A stretch of 64,000 bases of DNA. Source: Bugula neritina (taxonomy: Eukaryota; Animalia; Bryozoa). A program made the position numbers and the translations under genes. The DNA is taken from NCBI GenBank assembly GCA_964035545.1, contig OZ037768.1, positions 16,537,875-16,601,874 of the forward strand, written 5' to 3'. This document shows positions 14,180 through 29,136 of this stretch, piece by piece; the stretch's first letter is position 1; every line of letters starts with the position of its first letter. The notes below the pieces were generated by a model, which saw only the letters and a list, made by a program, of their open reading frames with translations, had not been told where the DNA came from and did no database searches.

Positions 14180-17100
14180 AAAATTCAGGTGAGTCATTTT
14201 TAATAATTGATAATGGTGATATCATATAATAATATTCTTTTAACAAATTAACCAAAGCTAGCAAATATTTAAATATTAAACTATTGAAATGCGCAATTTT
14301 TAGTATTTAAATACAGTAGTGGTTTATTTCAATATAAACCCAATTTTCATATCTATTTTTCATGAGCTTAAGTTGCTTATATGAAAAACTGTAGATTAAG
14401 AATCAAATTGCAATCAATTCGGTTATAGTGCATATTCTCCATATTTTACATTGCTTTTATTGAAATATAAATGATTATACATATGCATATGCAAGGTACA
14501 AAACATATTTAGTAGGTTGGGATTGGATAAAACAAGAAACTCTCCCTCTAAGACGTATGAAAACCTGGTATCCAGAAAAGAATGATAATGAAGAGATGAG
14601 TGAACCTGAATGCATTGACTCCATGTCTATATCACCTTATGTGTCTGACATTGAGAGAGAGAATAGAGTCAGTAGAGAAGAGAATGAGAATAGGGATTCA
14701 TCGTCTACTCATACTCCAACTCTTTCCACCTCAGGAATGGTGATTAGACGTAAGAAGAAGAGTATGTCAAACACACACATGTAATCTCTGTTAAAGCTTT
14801 CAGAACTGTTTGATTTTCTACTACTAAAAAACATTGAACTCTTCTGAAAGACAACTCCAATTTTCCTTACATGCAGTTAACTATCTCTCCTAAATAATAC
14901 CAACAAAGTGCTATGTATAACTGTGTGTCATTAAATCACTTCCAAGACCATATTTTTGTTTTTTGCTGTGTTATTAAGAGGCCTCAGAACAAATATCCAA
15001 AACACATGAAGACTTGGTATCCATGGATGATTGGAAGAGAACTTGAAGAGAGCAGTGACTGTGAATCTATGGGCACAGCTATGCCAGATAAACAAGACTA
15101 TGATTGTATGACACCAAGGTTAGCTGGCTTTATCAAATGTATTTTACACAAGTTTTTTGGTCTAACAAAGCCCATAATTTGGTGGTCTTTCATGCAATTG
15201 GATGCACTTTATGTATTTTTAGCTGCATGCAGAAATGTTTGGAAGAGAACTTGAAGAAAGCAGTGATTGGGAATCTGTAGACTCAGCTATGCCAGTCTCT
15301 CCTTTCATATCAGACATAGAAGTTTCAGATGATGAAAAATATGGTTGTATAAAATCAAGATTGACCGGTTTTATCAAAAGTATTTTATACAAGTTCCTTG
15401 ATATAACAAAGTCCAACTTTTTAGTGGTCTTTCAGGCAAATGGGTGCACTTTTTGTATTTTTAGCTGCAGAAATGTTTGGAAAAGAGCGTGAAGAAAGCA
15501 GTGACTGTGAATCACGGAGCTCAACTATGCCAGTCTCTCTTTTCATATCAGACATAGAAGTTTCAGATGATGAAGAATATGGTTGTATGAAACCAAGATT
15601 AACCGGTTTTACCAGATGTAACTTAGATCAGCTTTCTTTGGTGTAACAAAGCTTGTTGCTTGGTGGTGTTTTAGGTGGATACTCTTCAAAAACTTCAGCT
15701 GAAAAGAAAGAACACTAAACAATCAAGTGATACTAAGTTTTGACCTCTAAAGTAATCTAACTGTTAACCATAAGGAATGATTTGGCGAGAAGGTCAAGGA
15801 AGGCAACCAAAACAGACAAATACAGTCAGCACTGCTAAAGAGCCATAAATTGACATTTTGATCGCTATATTAGCTAACTAATAAACTAAGTATCCCAAAT
15901 GTCAAAGATGAGTTTCTTTCAGACTATTAATATTTATAGAAACTGTTTACTACAGTTAACATGATTTGTATATTTCTATATGCCTTGCTAACTTGACTCA
16001 GCAATGTTAAGTCATGTATGCTTATCTGTTGCACCCCAAAGGTCTACTCTCAGATCACAGTTTGAGTATGAGAGCTCACTGCACTGAAAGTTTTAGCATC
16101 ATAGCTTGAGTGCATAGTACATCAGCAAAAATAATAATATTTCATGCAAAACATTTTTCAAAAATATCTTGTGTTTTATATAATTGAAGTAGCCTATACA
16201 AACAGCTATTTTTTCATCAAAGCTGAAATGTGTCAGAATCAATCCAGTTCATAACAGGTTCTATATGAAATGCGCAAAAAATTAAAAGTATATTTCTATT
16301 TTTTCTATTTTTAGTAGAATGTTAGAAAAACTAATGAATTAACAAATAATAGACATTTTGGAAAATAATGAACTATTCAAAGCAAATCAATATGGCTTTA
16401 GAAAATAATCATGATAGAGCTGATAAAATTTACTAACAATACTCTCACACCTTTTATCTATAGAACTTTAATCTTGGGAATTTTAATAGATATTAGCAAA
16501 CCATTGGACCCTGTTTGGTTACTAAAAGTTTAAATTATTTTAAAAGTTCAAGAAAAATAATTGCATTGATCAAACAATAAAGAGACTCAAAAGCTATCTA
16601 ATCAACTGTACTCAAGCGACAAAAACTTTGTAAAGATTCTTTCTAAGCACAAACTGTTATTAATTCACAGGTTTTACAAAGTCACAATTTAGGAAGCTTA
16701 GCCCATATCTATATGCATACGATCCTAGTCATTTTATAGAACCAAAAACCATAAACAATGAAATTCTCAAGATCAACGAAAATCTTCAATCATTTTACAA
16801 ATGTTGTGTAATTAACCAATTGATCGCAGACATGTCAACAATTAGCTGTGATGAAACGTCCTCAGAATAGATTTCCACACAAACTAATACAAGTTTCTTC
16901 AAATAATTCTCCCGTTACTCAGTCAGATGCTTATAAGTTCATTTGCACATAATGAACATTGATCCACACTTGTTCTTTATACTAATTAAAGTGATTAATA
17001 TTAAATGTTTATAGTTTTGATTTCTCTGCTCACCGAATAGCAATATATAAAATGGCTCACCTGCATTTTGAAGAGCATATCACTCAATAAGTAAGACAAC

Positions 17101-17400
17101 AGCTAAATAGTTATAAAATCAAATTGTACAACAGTTATAATAAATCTGATGAACAGCTGGAAAAGATTTAGCAGCATAATTCCCTTTGAACAAATTTTAA
17201 CATTAGTACAACCATCAGAATGTAAACAATTGCAGTCATGGCAACAAACTTTGATTGTTGAAATTAATTCAGTTATTATCAAAAATACTCTACCTTATAT
17301 TATGATGATGCTAATGCTACATTTTTTGTCAACAAAAATAGCATATTTGTTTCTGTTTGTACAACAAAATTAAATTTTGTAAAAGTAGCACTCAAATCAT
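14180..17400 (+). repeat. low-copy repeat, copy B, upstream of ZF gene 1; contains three tandem ~240-bp subunits (15025-15700)
   Basis: Collinear with copies A, C and D; 17235-17400 matches 58650-58810; internal triplication of GGAAGAGAACTTGAAGA...CAAAGCCC. Confidence 0.8.
16300..16990 (+). mobile_element. degenerate LINE (CR1/L2-type) reverse transcriptase fragment
   Basis: Translates with stops and frameshifts as IFSRMLEKLMN*...ENNELFKANQYGFRK...GILIDISKPLDPV (consensus IFSKILEK...QYGFR...DLSKAFDTV). It lies in a ~1.1-kb segment absent from paralogous copy C. Confidence 0.7.
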
Positions 17401-18584
17401 CACTATATGTTTTTAAGCTGCTTCACGTTATTATTATTGCACATGTGATTCACATATTCTACTTATAACTGTTAAAAGCATAACATTTAATTATTTCAAA
17501 CAAGATGTAGAAAAATTTAGAAATAACTGACAAGCTTCTATTTTACTTTAAACCTGAAATTCAACAAGTCAGCTTCTACGGCAAAACTGCAAACAACCAG
17601 CTCTCTATATAATTATATTAGAAACAAGAAAGTTATCACAGAGCATTCTATCCTATTATCGTCTAACTATAACCTATAGTTATTGAATGGTACCTTTTTG
17701 TTTTCAGCCATCATATTTGCTATACAACTAGAGCATAGCAACAACAAAAATCATAAAAAAAGATGTAAAAGGCTAGTATTCACCAACATAGCATACGTGA
17801 ATGCTACCTAAAAAACCCGCTAAATTGTTTTTCTAAGTAAGAAAAATCATTATCAAATTGTGTCAATTTCAGTTTTTAAACCTTTACAATTCAAATTTAA
17901 CTTAATATTACTTTCTATCACATATTTTATTTTTGCAATAAATTTGCAAAACCAAACTGAAGTACCTTATCATATTATTTATTCATAAAATAATTCTGGC
18001 CCAAGTTAAACTTCATCACCATTGTTCAATCATGCAGCATTTGAATATAACAAAGCTGCTTTTTACTAAAAGCTTTACAACTATAGCCAACGCAAAACCG
18101 TGCTAGTAAATTTTATTTACGTCATTCATACTGTAAACTATATATGTATTTAGACAATAAACAGTAGAACTTTTTTTAATTCAGTTTACATTTACTAGCA
18201 ATTTTTATGTAGATTTTATTTTTAACAACTTTTTTTTAAGATCCCATTCTTGCTTATCAGCTGTGTACATATCATCTAGCATGTCGGTATACCCACCATG
18301 TAAGTATAATAACATTTTGTAAAACCTGTAAATTATATGTCAATGATTGAAATGCACTTTTTACAAAATTTGGAGACAAGGTTTCATTAAATATGTTTGT
18401 AATTAATAGTATAAGTATTTGATAGGTCTTCCTTTGTTGTGTTGTAGTTATTGAACATCAAAAGATTCTTGAAACATCTAATCACTATGAGCAAGAAGCA
18501 AATTATATCTTTGAACATGGCGTATGGCAATATAATACTGGTTCAGTGACTTCAAAGACTCCAGATACTCAACACTTTCTCAGT

Positions 18585-20111
18585 ATGTCAGCTGCAGTGC
18601 CTGACACCTATTTATGGGATGATGTTGAGAGGATAACTCCTGATACTCTTGAGGACTTTACTGAAAATCATAGTTTTCTTCTTGTAAACTCAGTCATTTC
18701 ATTTCCAACAATCGAGTCAGATAATTCAATCTCTACCAACACAGAAGCTACAGTATATGACAACTATAATATACCAGAAGATTCTGATGCTCCTCTGTCT
18801 AAAGTTATCTCTGAAGCTTTTCAAGTTCTAGGATTCTATTCCACAACAGATGTCAACTCAACAGGTGAGTGTGTCTGAATTTATAATTGAAGTAAAATCA
18901 ATAAAGTGTTTCTCCCATATTAAATACATTGAATATTGAAGCGGGCATGATGATCAAACAGATAATGTTATATTTAAAATTTTCATAGTAGATAACTTTG
19001 TTCAACAATTAAAAAGGAGTAAAAGTAACCTTTAGTTCAGAGAAGAAGCTTTATAAAAATGTTTGATTCTAACAACTTTGTGCGAGATTTTTTAGAAAAA
19101 ATGTGTTCGGTTGAAGTATACTTTATTTCTGGTTTTACTCATATGAAATTTACACAAATATGCGCTGTTGTTTATATTTTAATTTGATTTCACTGAACAT
19201 ACAGAATATCACAATTTTTAATACAAACAAACTGCTTTTACTCTAATAAATTTTGTGAAATACCCTAATTCATAACTTTTTATTTTAGTATAATTAACAG
19301 AGGTACAATAGCAAAAATTGAAATATTATGTGCATTGATTTTTCCAACTATAAGACTGATTTTCCATTACAAAATAAATATGTTAAAATAAAAGAAGAAA
19401 AATTGATTAGTAAGTTCTAAATGCTATACTTACTGTATATAATATTGTTTTTGTTTGTATTTTGCAGATAGAACCCAAATGTATTTGGATGAAAGAAACA
19501 CTTCTGGTAATCTGGTGAACCTATTAAATAAAGTAGCAGATAAATACAACTCAAACAGAGTTACAGAGAATCAGACTAGTGATAATATTCATGTGACTAC
19601 CAGTATGTTATTACATGCATATAGCATATTTGGAGATGTGTTTGATCAGCAGGAAGCTCTAGTAGTTCCATCAAATGAAAACAGCAACCAGAAGAAACCT
19701 GTACATAATATTTGTGAATATGGATTTGCAAAACCGGTTAGTACTGCTAAGCCTAGACAGTTTCAGGACATGGAAAAGAAAAGTTTTCAATGTCTTTTAT
19801 GTAGCTACAAAACTGAACATCAATGTAATCTTAATAGACATAAGAGAAGACACACAAATGAGAAGCCATTTGTGTGTAGAGTGTGTGGTCATGCTTTTAA
19901 TCAAAGAGATAATCTCACAGTGCACATGAGGACACACACTGGAGAGAAACCATTTGTCTGCAAAGTCTGTGGTAAGACTTTTACTCATAAGCATCATGTT
20001 ACCATACACATGAGGACACACACTGGAGAGAAACCATTCCACTGTAAAATATGTGATTACAAGGCTGCTCAGAAAGGAAACCTTGTTTCTCATATGAAGA
20101 AACACAACTGA
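18585..20111 (+). CDS. C2H2 zinc-finger protein, 4 fingers (paralog 1); exons 18585-18864 and 19468-20111
   Basis: Four CxxC...HxxxH-type fingers (last one ends HMKKHN) with TGEKP/TNEKP linkers; phase-1 intron G|GTGAGT...TTTGCAG|; exon 1 conserved with paralog 2. Confidence 0.88.
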
Positions 20112-21329
20112 GAAACATGAAGTGGATGATCATGTTTTTAAATCTACATTTAGAGTCAGAAGGCTTTTTACAGTAAATTTCACAACACCATAGAAATCAT
20201 ATTGCTTGCTGTCTTTAGGGTTTAAATGAGGGTCTAGAATGAGAAGCTCTCTACACATTGATTATATACTGTACACATGCGTTATAACTGTGTATGTAAA
20301 GCTATATCACATAAAACTATAAAGGTTGGATTCACTTCAACGTAGGAATTCTAATGTTTGCATATAAAACTTAAAGCCAATCTAAATTAAGATACATAAT
20401 CTTGGTAACCTAATCATTCTACCATGCTATATAAATTTGTTGACTATTGACCACCAGTTCTTTACCATTATGCACCTTCTTCAGTGATATAACAGACCAT
20501 ATACTTTAGTGACACTTAATTCAAATCCATTGCTTTTACCAAATTAAAGCAATTTTTACCAACATTTAGTAATTACTTTAATGAATTTTGTAAATTTGCT
20601 ATTATTCATTATAGGCTAGATAACTGTGTTGCACAATAAAAGTTATAATATTATATTGTCAACTAAATTTTCTATCCAATACTACTCTATACTTGCAAAC
20701 ACAATCATTTTATTGAAAAAATGTTTTGAGTTTTTTAGGGTTTACTTTGCTTTTCACAACTTTAAACTAATTATAAAGCAAGAATAGCAACAATTTTTGC
20801 AGTAACCTTTCATCTGGTATCAAATGAATATTAACAGTCGGTTTTTAAAGTTAAGTCATTTAGGAAAGGTAATTGAAAAAAGTACATATTCCTGCTAGCC
20901 TATTTTTTTCACTATACAATATAACTCTTACATATATATTTGTTATTGACTACTAGCTCTTTACCATTATGCAAAACTTTTAGAGACATGACACTCATAT
21001 TTAGCAGCATGTGATCTGAATCTTAATTATTTTACCAAATTTTAAACAGTCTTTTGCTAACATTTAGTAACTATTTCAATAGTAATATTTTTGTCAGTTG
21101 CTTATTGTTCATAAGTCAAATAAATTTTTTGTTCAATAAAAATTATACTGCTTTTGGTCAATTAAGCTTTCTATCTAATACTATTATTTTTAATAGTGCA
21201 TTACAATATGCAGTCATTTTATTAGATCTATCAGTGTTCTCAATTTTATTGGTTCTAATTTTCTTTTCAACTTTCTATTCAATTCCTAAGCTAGCATATA
21301 AACAATTTTAGCAATAGAATTTTAGCTGT

Positions 21330-21332
<3 letters not shown>

Positions 21333-21424
<92 letters not shown>
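21333..21424. repeat. (TA)n microsatellite at the 3' end of Penelope-like element 1
   Basis: Direct. Confidence 0.95.
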
Positions 21425-21426
<2 letters not shown>

Positions 21427-22793
21427 GTAGCGTGTTCAGATTGTTAATGATACATATATATTTTTTTATTTAAAAAATCTCACACGACTATATAGTTTCG
21501 TACAGTAAACTGCACTCGTCAGGTGTTAGACTAAAAATAAATAAAATCTATGAAGCATACCGATTATTCAAATTTTTACATAAAGAAAACTATCATGCTA
21601 AACACAACGTAAAACGAAATGCAAACATAGTAGTGGATTTGGTGTTATCTATTAATTAATAAAATTGCTCTTTTTCTAAAGGATTAGACTATAAAAGCTA
21701 GATGTTTGATGGAAAGGGTAATTTATAATAGGTAGTACTATGGTTGAGAATTGTTAGTATTGTTATGTGATGTTGCCCAGGTAGTGCTTACGTGCATGTC
21801 TGCATGTGGATAGAATCTCATTTCTGTTATTAAGGGAAGATTTGCTGGGCTGGTATATTATGAAATATTTTTCCCATAGGCAGAGGTTGCACCTTTTAGT
21901 GACTTTGTTGTATGAGTTGGTCTTTTTCATAATTTTCCATGTTATGTCAAAATGGGTGTTCTTGTCTTTTAGTTTCCAGATATATTTGCTCAATTCAGTA
22001 TGGTTCTTTTTTGTTTTGTTGTTAAAAGTTGATTTGTGGTTATACAATCTGGTTTTGAATTCTGTTTCTGATGTTCCCACGTAAGTCTGGGGTTGGCTGC
22101 CATCTTTGGTTGTAACTGTAGCTTGGTATATGATGCACTTTGTGAGGCATTTTCCATCTAGTGGGCACACTGTGCTGTTTCAGCAGTTACATTCTCGAGG
22201 AGGTTGGTTTGCTGGGTTGAGTAATCTTTTATTGTGGCTGTTGATTATGTTGTTTAAATTTCTGCAGCAGCTGTAACTGAGTTTTATGTTGTTTTTGTTG
22301 AAAATTTTGTAGAGTTTGTGATCTTTGGGTATTTCTTCCTCCAGGATTTTAAAAAATTGTTTTCCCAGGTTGCTTGTTACACTTTTGGAGAATGGGGGGT
22401 TATACCATGTGATGTTTCGTCGTCTTTCTCTTTTTGGTCTGCTAGTGGTGTGTGTTGGCTGGAATGTTAGGTTATGTGTGTATCCACTTTTACTTAGAGC
22501 TTCTTGGTGTATTTTTGTTGTTTGACTGAAGACTTCTTCGTTAGATGAGAGATTGGAGAGCCTGTTGTTTATGGCATGTGGAATGTTTCTTGTGATAGGG
22601 GTGGATGGTTGGATTTGGAGTTTACATATAGGATTTCGCTGTTAGGTTTTACATGGGGTTTGTGTGTTCTTTTGCTAGTGTCAAAATTTATATCTAGATA
22701 GTTGACGACTTTTTTGTTTGCTTCAATGGTGATATTTAGATTATGTTTTTGGAAAATTTTGCAGATTGATTTTTTAATTCTATCTATATTTTT

Positions 22794-22796
<3 letters not shown>
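21425..22796 (-). mobile_element. 5'-truncated Penelope-like retroelement (Naiad-like), RT thumb plus GIY-YIG endonuclease, disrupted
   Basis: VVNYLDINFD...YVNSKSNHPP, WYNPPFS, CNC-x5-CPLDGKC linker, IIYQA...YVGTSETEFKTRLYNH, CNLCLWEK, LNNRNE..STCRH. One frameshift near 22600 and a TGA at 22180-22182. Flanked by (TA)n on both sides. Confidence 0.9.
21478..21530 (-). ncRNA. type I hammerhead ribozyme in the Penelope 3' terminal region
   Basis: Minus strand reads TCTAACAC-CTGACGA-GTGCAG-TTTA-CTGTAC-GAA-AC-TATATA-GT-C-GTGTGAGA: CUGANGA/GAAA core, 6-bp stem II, palindromic stem-loop III, GUC cleavage triplet, stem I with 7 of 8 pairs. Confidence 0.88.

Positions 22797-22864
<68 letters not shown>
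22797..22864. repeat. (TA)n microsatellite at the truncated 5' end of Penelope-like element 1
   Basis: Direct. Confidence 0.95.
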
Positions 22865-22866
<2 letters not shown>

Positions 22867-23175
22867 TCATTAACAGTTACTTTTTGAAGTGCAAACATTT
22901 AATAAAGTTAGAGAAGTAATATTACTAGAGTGTATTTATTATCTGTGACAACATTACCCAAATGGTAAAGTTAGAAACTTTATAGTCTAATAATTTATTA
23001 TTTCTGTCAAAATACTTATATGCTCACTCAGATAGCATGAGCGTTGCCTGTGTTCTCAAACTGACATGACTCATTGAAGTGTTCTACTTCTGTTTGCCCT
23101 ATGATGCACATCTTGCACTGATCAAGGTTGATTGATGCCAACAACTTTACAAAAAAGGAAAATTGATAATCTATT
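22865..23175 (+). repeat. ~310-bp duplicated segment, copy 1 (copy 2 at 56400-56705)
   Basis: CATCATTAACAGTTACTTTTTGAAGTGCAA...ACAAAAAAGGAAAATT near-identical at both sites. Confidence 0.9.
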
Positions 23176-24029
23176 ATTAAATCTTTGATAAGAGTCGAGG
23201 CCTTCCATAAACAATGATTAAGTATCCACTATCTTTGCTATTCATTGAAAATATTGCAAATATTTATTATTTAAAAAAAGATACATTACAATCAAATCAA
23301 AATATGATATAATCTCACTAAATATGCTTTTTGGAGTGGTTCTTTTGCTTATTGTAAAACTCTGGCTTTGAATGGCCTTGAACGCAAAGATGTTTTTTCA
23401 CAGTTTACTCAAAATATACCTTCACGCCAGAAAATAGTGTAGACAGTCAATAGAGACGCATTGTTTTAGGACATGTAAAGCAAAAACCTTTGACTGACAC
23501 AGGCAATGAAGTGGAGAATACCTGAAATACTTAAGAATTTTTAGGGTGTCTAGATTATAGCTTAGCCATGTTAAACATTGCATACTCAACTATGCCTATT
23601 TGTTTGCCTAAAGTTGTAGTAAAGCCCATCGTAAATGCATGTTATTTGAGCTTATAATAAATGAGTGATAGCTACTTAAAATAATGAATTCATAGCAGTG
23701 TGGTGTATAGGAATCAGTTACTTTGTTTACTTTACTTTTGGTGTTGGTAATTTTTATGATTTATCACAAAGTCTTAATGAAATGATTGGTTGGTTCTTTG
23801 GATGTTATCCAAGCTTTATAACTGTTTTTACTCAGAGGTGACAAGTCTAATTTTTCACTGACATTGTTGCCTTTGCTTGTCCCTGCCTTGCTGAACTAAT
23901 ATAATAGCAAATTTTAAAAGAAATTTTCTTTGAGCAATGCGGGACACAATGGGTTACCTGATTGCTGCACGCTCATCACTGTTATTAATTTGTCGGTCAA
24001 AAATTAGTTGAAAGGTTGGTAAAAAATAC

Positions 24030-25570
<1,541 letters not shown>

Positions 25571-26229
25571 TCAGCAAGCACAGTCCACAGCGTCTGATGT
25601 GTATCATAGTAGGTTTATTAATTTGCATATTCTTAATTTGATGTCTTTCTCTGCAATTATGACTTTCAGCTTTAGAAATTTTTTTGTTATAGCAGCATGT
25701 TTTCAAATTAAAAAAAATATCAACCTAAGAAGATACATACCTTTTGCTGTCTCCAATTTGCTGCTCAAATTTTTATTTTTGCTTTTGGTAGAAACAGGCA
25801 TTTTTCTAACAATTTAGTTATGGTGTTTAAAAGTACTATATTGTTTCCCAGCAAGCTTTACCTAGCTGAAATGTAACTTTCCAGTGTCAGAATAGCAGCT
25901 TTGACAAAATTTCTCATATACATATACTGCTAGTAACAGAGAAAATTATCTGTTCCTGCAATTACTTCTACTAAGGTCTATAGAGGGAGACTGCATGCCT
26001 ACAATTATGCATAAGATAATAGACCCCCTGTAGTTTTGGGCCTAGTTTCTTTTTATCTTCATAATAATTTTAATCAGAAAACTTAAGTAAGCTTAGAAGT
26101 TTTAAATTTACTAAAAATGGCTGCTAAGAGGGGTACCTTAGTTTAAACCTTATACAAAAATCCTAGAATTAATTTATTTGGCCGCAACTTCAAAAGCACT
26201 CTCATATTTATAAATTCTTTTGAAGAAGT

Positions 26230-26559
26230 TTACCCTCAAATACTGTACAATAAAGAAAAAATTTCAAGCTTGGTGTATTGTAACAAAGCTTCTGGGAAGG
26301 TGATAATAAATTCAGCTAAACCAGAATTGGTAAATTGTTTTTCTGATATTTGCTATAATATACTAAACAGAAAAGTGACATTGTCTCAAAGTGAGAGAAA
26401 CAAACTAGCTAAATACAAATCTCAAATTCGAAAAATTGCGAATAAGAGAACAACTCAAAAAACTAAAAAAACACTAATTCAAAAAGGTGAATAATGCTAC
26501 TAGGTAGCATTATAGTTCCACTAGCTAAAGGCTTATTAGGTGTCAAAGGACAAAAATGA
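26230..26559 (+). pseudogene. Polinton small basic core-type protein with C-terminal amphipathic peptide (frameshifted)
   Basis: ELVNCFSDICYNILNRKVTLSQSERNKLAKYKSQIRKIANK...LIQKG; restoring one G near 26490 gives QKGG-IMLLGSIIVPLAKGLLGVKGQK*. Start approximate. Confidence 0.7.
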
Positions 26560-27294
26560 GCCTAGAGAATACAAGTAAATTCCTTTTAATTGATGCCACA
26601 GATTTAAAGAATGGTGAAATGTTTGACCAGTTAGAGAAAAAGAAAGATAATGATAGTTATAGCTATAAAGAAAGAACTAAACCTCTGGTAAGCAGAGAAC
26701 TTTCTGAAATTGATCAAATGATGGCAGAACTTGTAAACAACAATTCTCTGAGCGAAGATGAAAAGGTTGAACAATATAATAACGCACTGACAAAATACCA
26801 AGGCTTGAAATCTACTTTACTAACCAATACTTCAAAGCTAAACAAAGTTAACAAGGTTACACCATACAAATCACTAAGCGGTATACCAGAAAAATTTAAA
26901 AAAAGCGACTGAATTGCTGAATCTGTTACAAGATGCTCCAGAACTATCAGTAGAAAATAATGGAGAAGTCCTAATAAATAATAATACAATACCCGAAAGT
27001 AATATTAGTAATTTGTTAAATCGGGCTGTTAATCCAATGGTGAAAGAAAGACCTATACCAGGCTGGAATGAATTTTACAAACTATTAATAAAACTGAATA
27101 TACCTCGATCACTCATTAATTATAAAACCAGTAAGCAAAAGGTACTATCACCAGAGCGATCACTGAATAGGTCTTCTTCAACGTTAGATAAATGGACAAA
27201 TTATGATGAGCCGAAAGATTCGCCAAAAGAAAAAAGCTCAAAGAGAAAAACTAGACAGTCGACGAGAGAAGGTATTAGAAAAAGCTTATTTTGA
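26556..27294 (+). pseudogene. conserved Polinton hypothetical protein (frameshift in A-run ~26900)
   Basis: IDQMMAELV...EKVEQYNNAL...IPEKFKKKATELL...NGEVLINNNTIPESNISNL...PIPGWNEFYKLLIKLNIP matches the pattern of the ORF that usually precedes Polinton integrases. Confidence 0.7.
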
Positions 27295-28342
27295 TCCTTC
27301 ACTCCCATCATCATACGGTAGACTGAGTAGATTGCAAAGAAGCGTTAAAGGCAAAGTACCCACTAAACACATTACTAACTGGCTACAGAAGAAAGACAGT
27401 TACACACTACATAAGAGTTTGAAGCGTAAATTTCAACGAAGACAGTATAATATAGTTAGTGGAATTGGAGCTCTTTGGCAAGCAGATCTAGCAGATCTAT
27501 TTTAATTAAGCGAATACAACGATGGCTATAAGTTCATATTATTTGTTATTGGTTGCTTTAGCAGGAAAGCTTATGCAACGCCACTCAAGACTAAAGGTGG
27601 TATGGAAGTAAGCTCAGGTTTGAAAAAACTGATAACAAAAAATGCAGAGTCACCTAGCAAACGTATGACAGATAAGGGTGCAGAATTCTTCAAATCTCAT
27701 TTTAAAAGAACTCTCAAAGAATATAAAATCGAGCAGTATGTTTCAAATAATCAAGAAATCAAAGCATCAATGGTAGAAAGGTTGCAAAGAACCATCAAGT
27801 CAAGGTTATTTCGATACTTTACCCATTCTAATAACTATAGATATTTAGATGTACTGAATGACATTATTAAATCTTATAACAACAGTACACATTCCGCCCA
27901 TGGTGTCAAGCCTAGTGATGTCAATTATAACAATCAAGAAGAAATATGGCAAAGATTGTATAACCAACAAAGCGAAAGTGAATATTACAGAAAGGCAAAA
28001 TATCAACTGAATAATAAAGTGAGGATCTCCAAATATAGCACAGTATTTGCTAAGGGATACCTACCTTTATGGACTGAAGAGGTCTTCATTATCTACAAAG
28101 TTCATAAAACTTTTCCACCAGTCTATTCGCCAAAAGATGATAGTGGTGAAAAGCTTCAAGGTACATGGTACGAAGAAGAGCTTCAAAAGGTAGACATTAG
28201 TAAGGACATATTTAAAATAGAGAGTATTGTAGGCAAGAGAAGGTTAAATGGAAAAACTCAGTATTTAGTTAAATGGGTGGGTTATTCGCCAAGTTTTAAT
28301 TCCTATGTATATGAACAAATCCAATTTACTGTTAAACTATAA
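27203..28342 (+). pseudogene. Polinton retroviral-type (rve) integrase with C-terminal chromodomain; premature TAA at 27503-27505
   Basis: YFDPSLPSSYG, YTLHK, WQADLADL, TDKGAEF, KASMVERLQRTIK, FAKGYLPLWTEEVF, FKIESIV...YLVKWVGY. The two ORF pieces are in the same frame; true start may be later than 27203. Confidence 0.92.
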
Positions 28343-28381
28343 AAACTAGATGTTTAATAAAACTATATCAGTCAATTCAAA

Positions 28382-29136
28382 ATGAGAGTCGTGTTACCAT
28401 TAAATGCATCTATGCAAAATTTTCCACGCAACAGTCCAAGTTCATACACAGTGCAGCTACCAAAAAGTTTAGACTTTTCAAATGGACAATGGAAGTCGGT
28501 TTAGAAGAGATTCAATTCTATAAATCATGTTTAATGTTATTAATTGTAATATAACGTTCTCTGTAAATTACAAAGAGACCGTAGTAAAAATACCAAATGG
28601 TTACTACGAGTCAGAGCAATTGCTAATTGATGCTATTAATGATGCCATAAGTTTATCAGAGGTGAAGGGTTTTAACATTTGAGTATCGGCAAGCCAACAA
28701 AAGTTGTTATTTCAAATATGAAGGTTCACCAGTTTCAATAGATGTGAAACTCTCACCATCACTCAAAGAAATAATCAATGAGCAAGAAAATAAGATAACT
28801 TTTAAAAGAGAGGGCACAATAATCTATGGTCGTTACAACACTACTATGAGATTGCATACAATATTTAACTTAATGGTGTACACCGATATCGCCAAGGCAT
28901 CTATTATTGGTAATATAAATTCTCGCCTTCTCAGAGCTGTACATATAGAGAATGGTCACTGGAGAGGGCAGTGCACAAATTACCAAAAGTTGCAATACTT
29001 TAAAGTAAATAGAACAAATATACGAACTATAACTATACATATATACACTGATTATGGAGATAAAGTCCCATTTACACATGGGCGTACAATTGTAACACTT
29101 GACTTTAGAAAGGTAAAGGCTATAAATTTAATATGA
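28382..29136 (+). pseudogene. Polinton minor capsid protein (penton), several frameshifts
   Basis: N-terminal VVLPLNASMQNFPRNSPSSYTVQLP...GQW(E)VGLEEIQF; C-terminal VYTDI...GNINSRLLRAV...DYGDKVPFTHGRTIVTLDFR. Confidence 0.85.

Noticed and set aside
22180-22182. In-frame TGA in the Penelope Cys-rich linker as possible selenocysteine (reported for some Naiad elements)
   Set aside because: All Cys of CNC-x5-C-x5-C are present; the TGA sits where Arg is usual (likely CGA-to-TGA decay), the copy also has a frameshift, and no SECIS was recognised.
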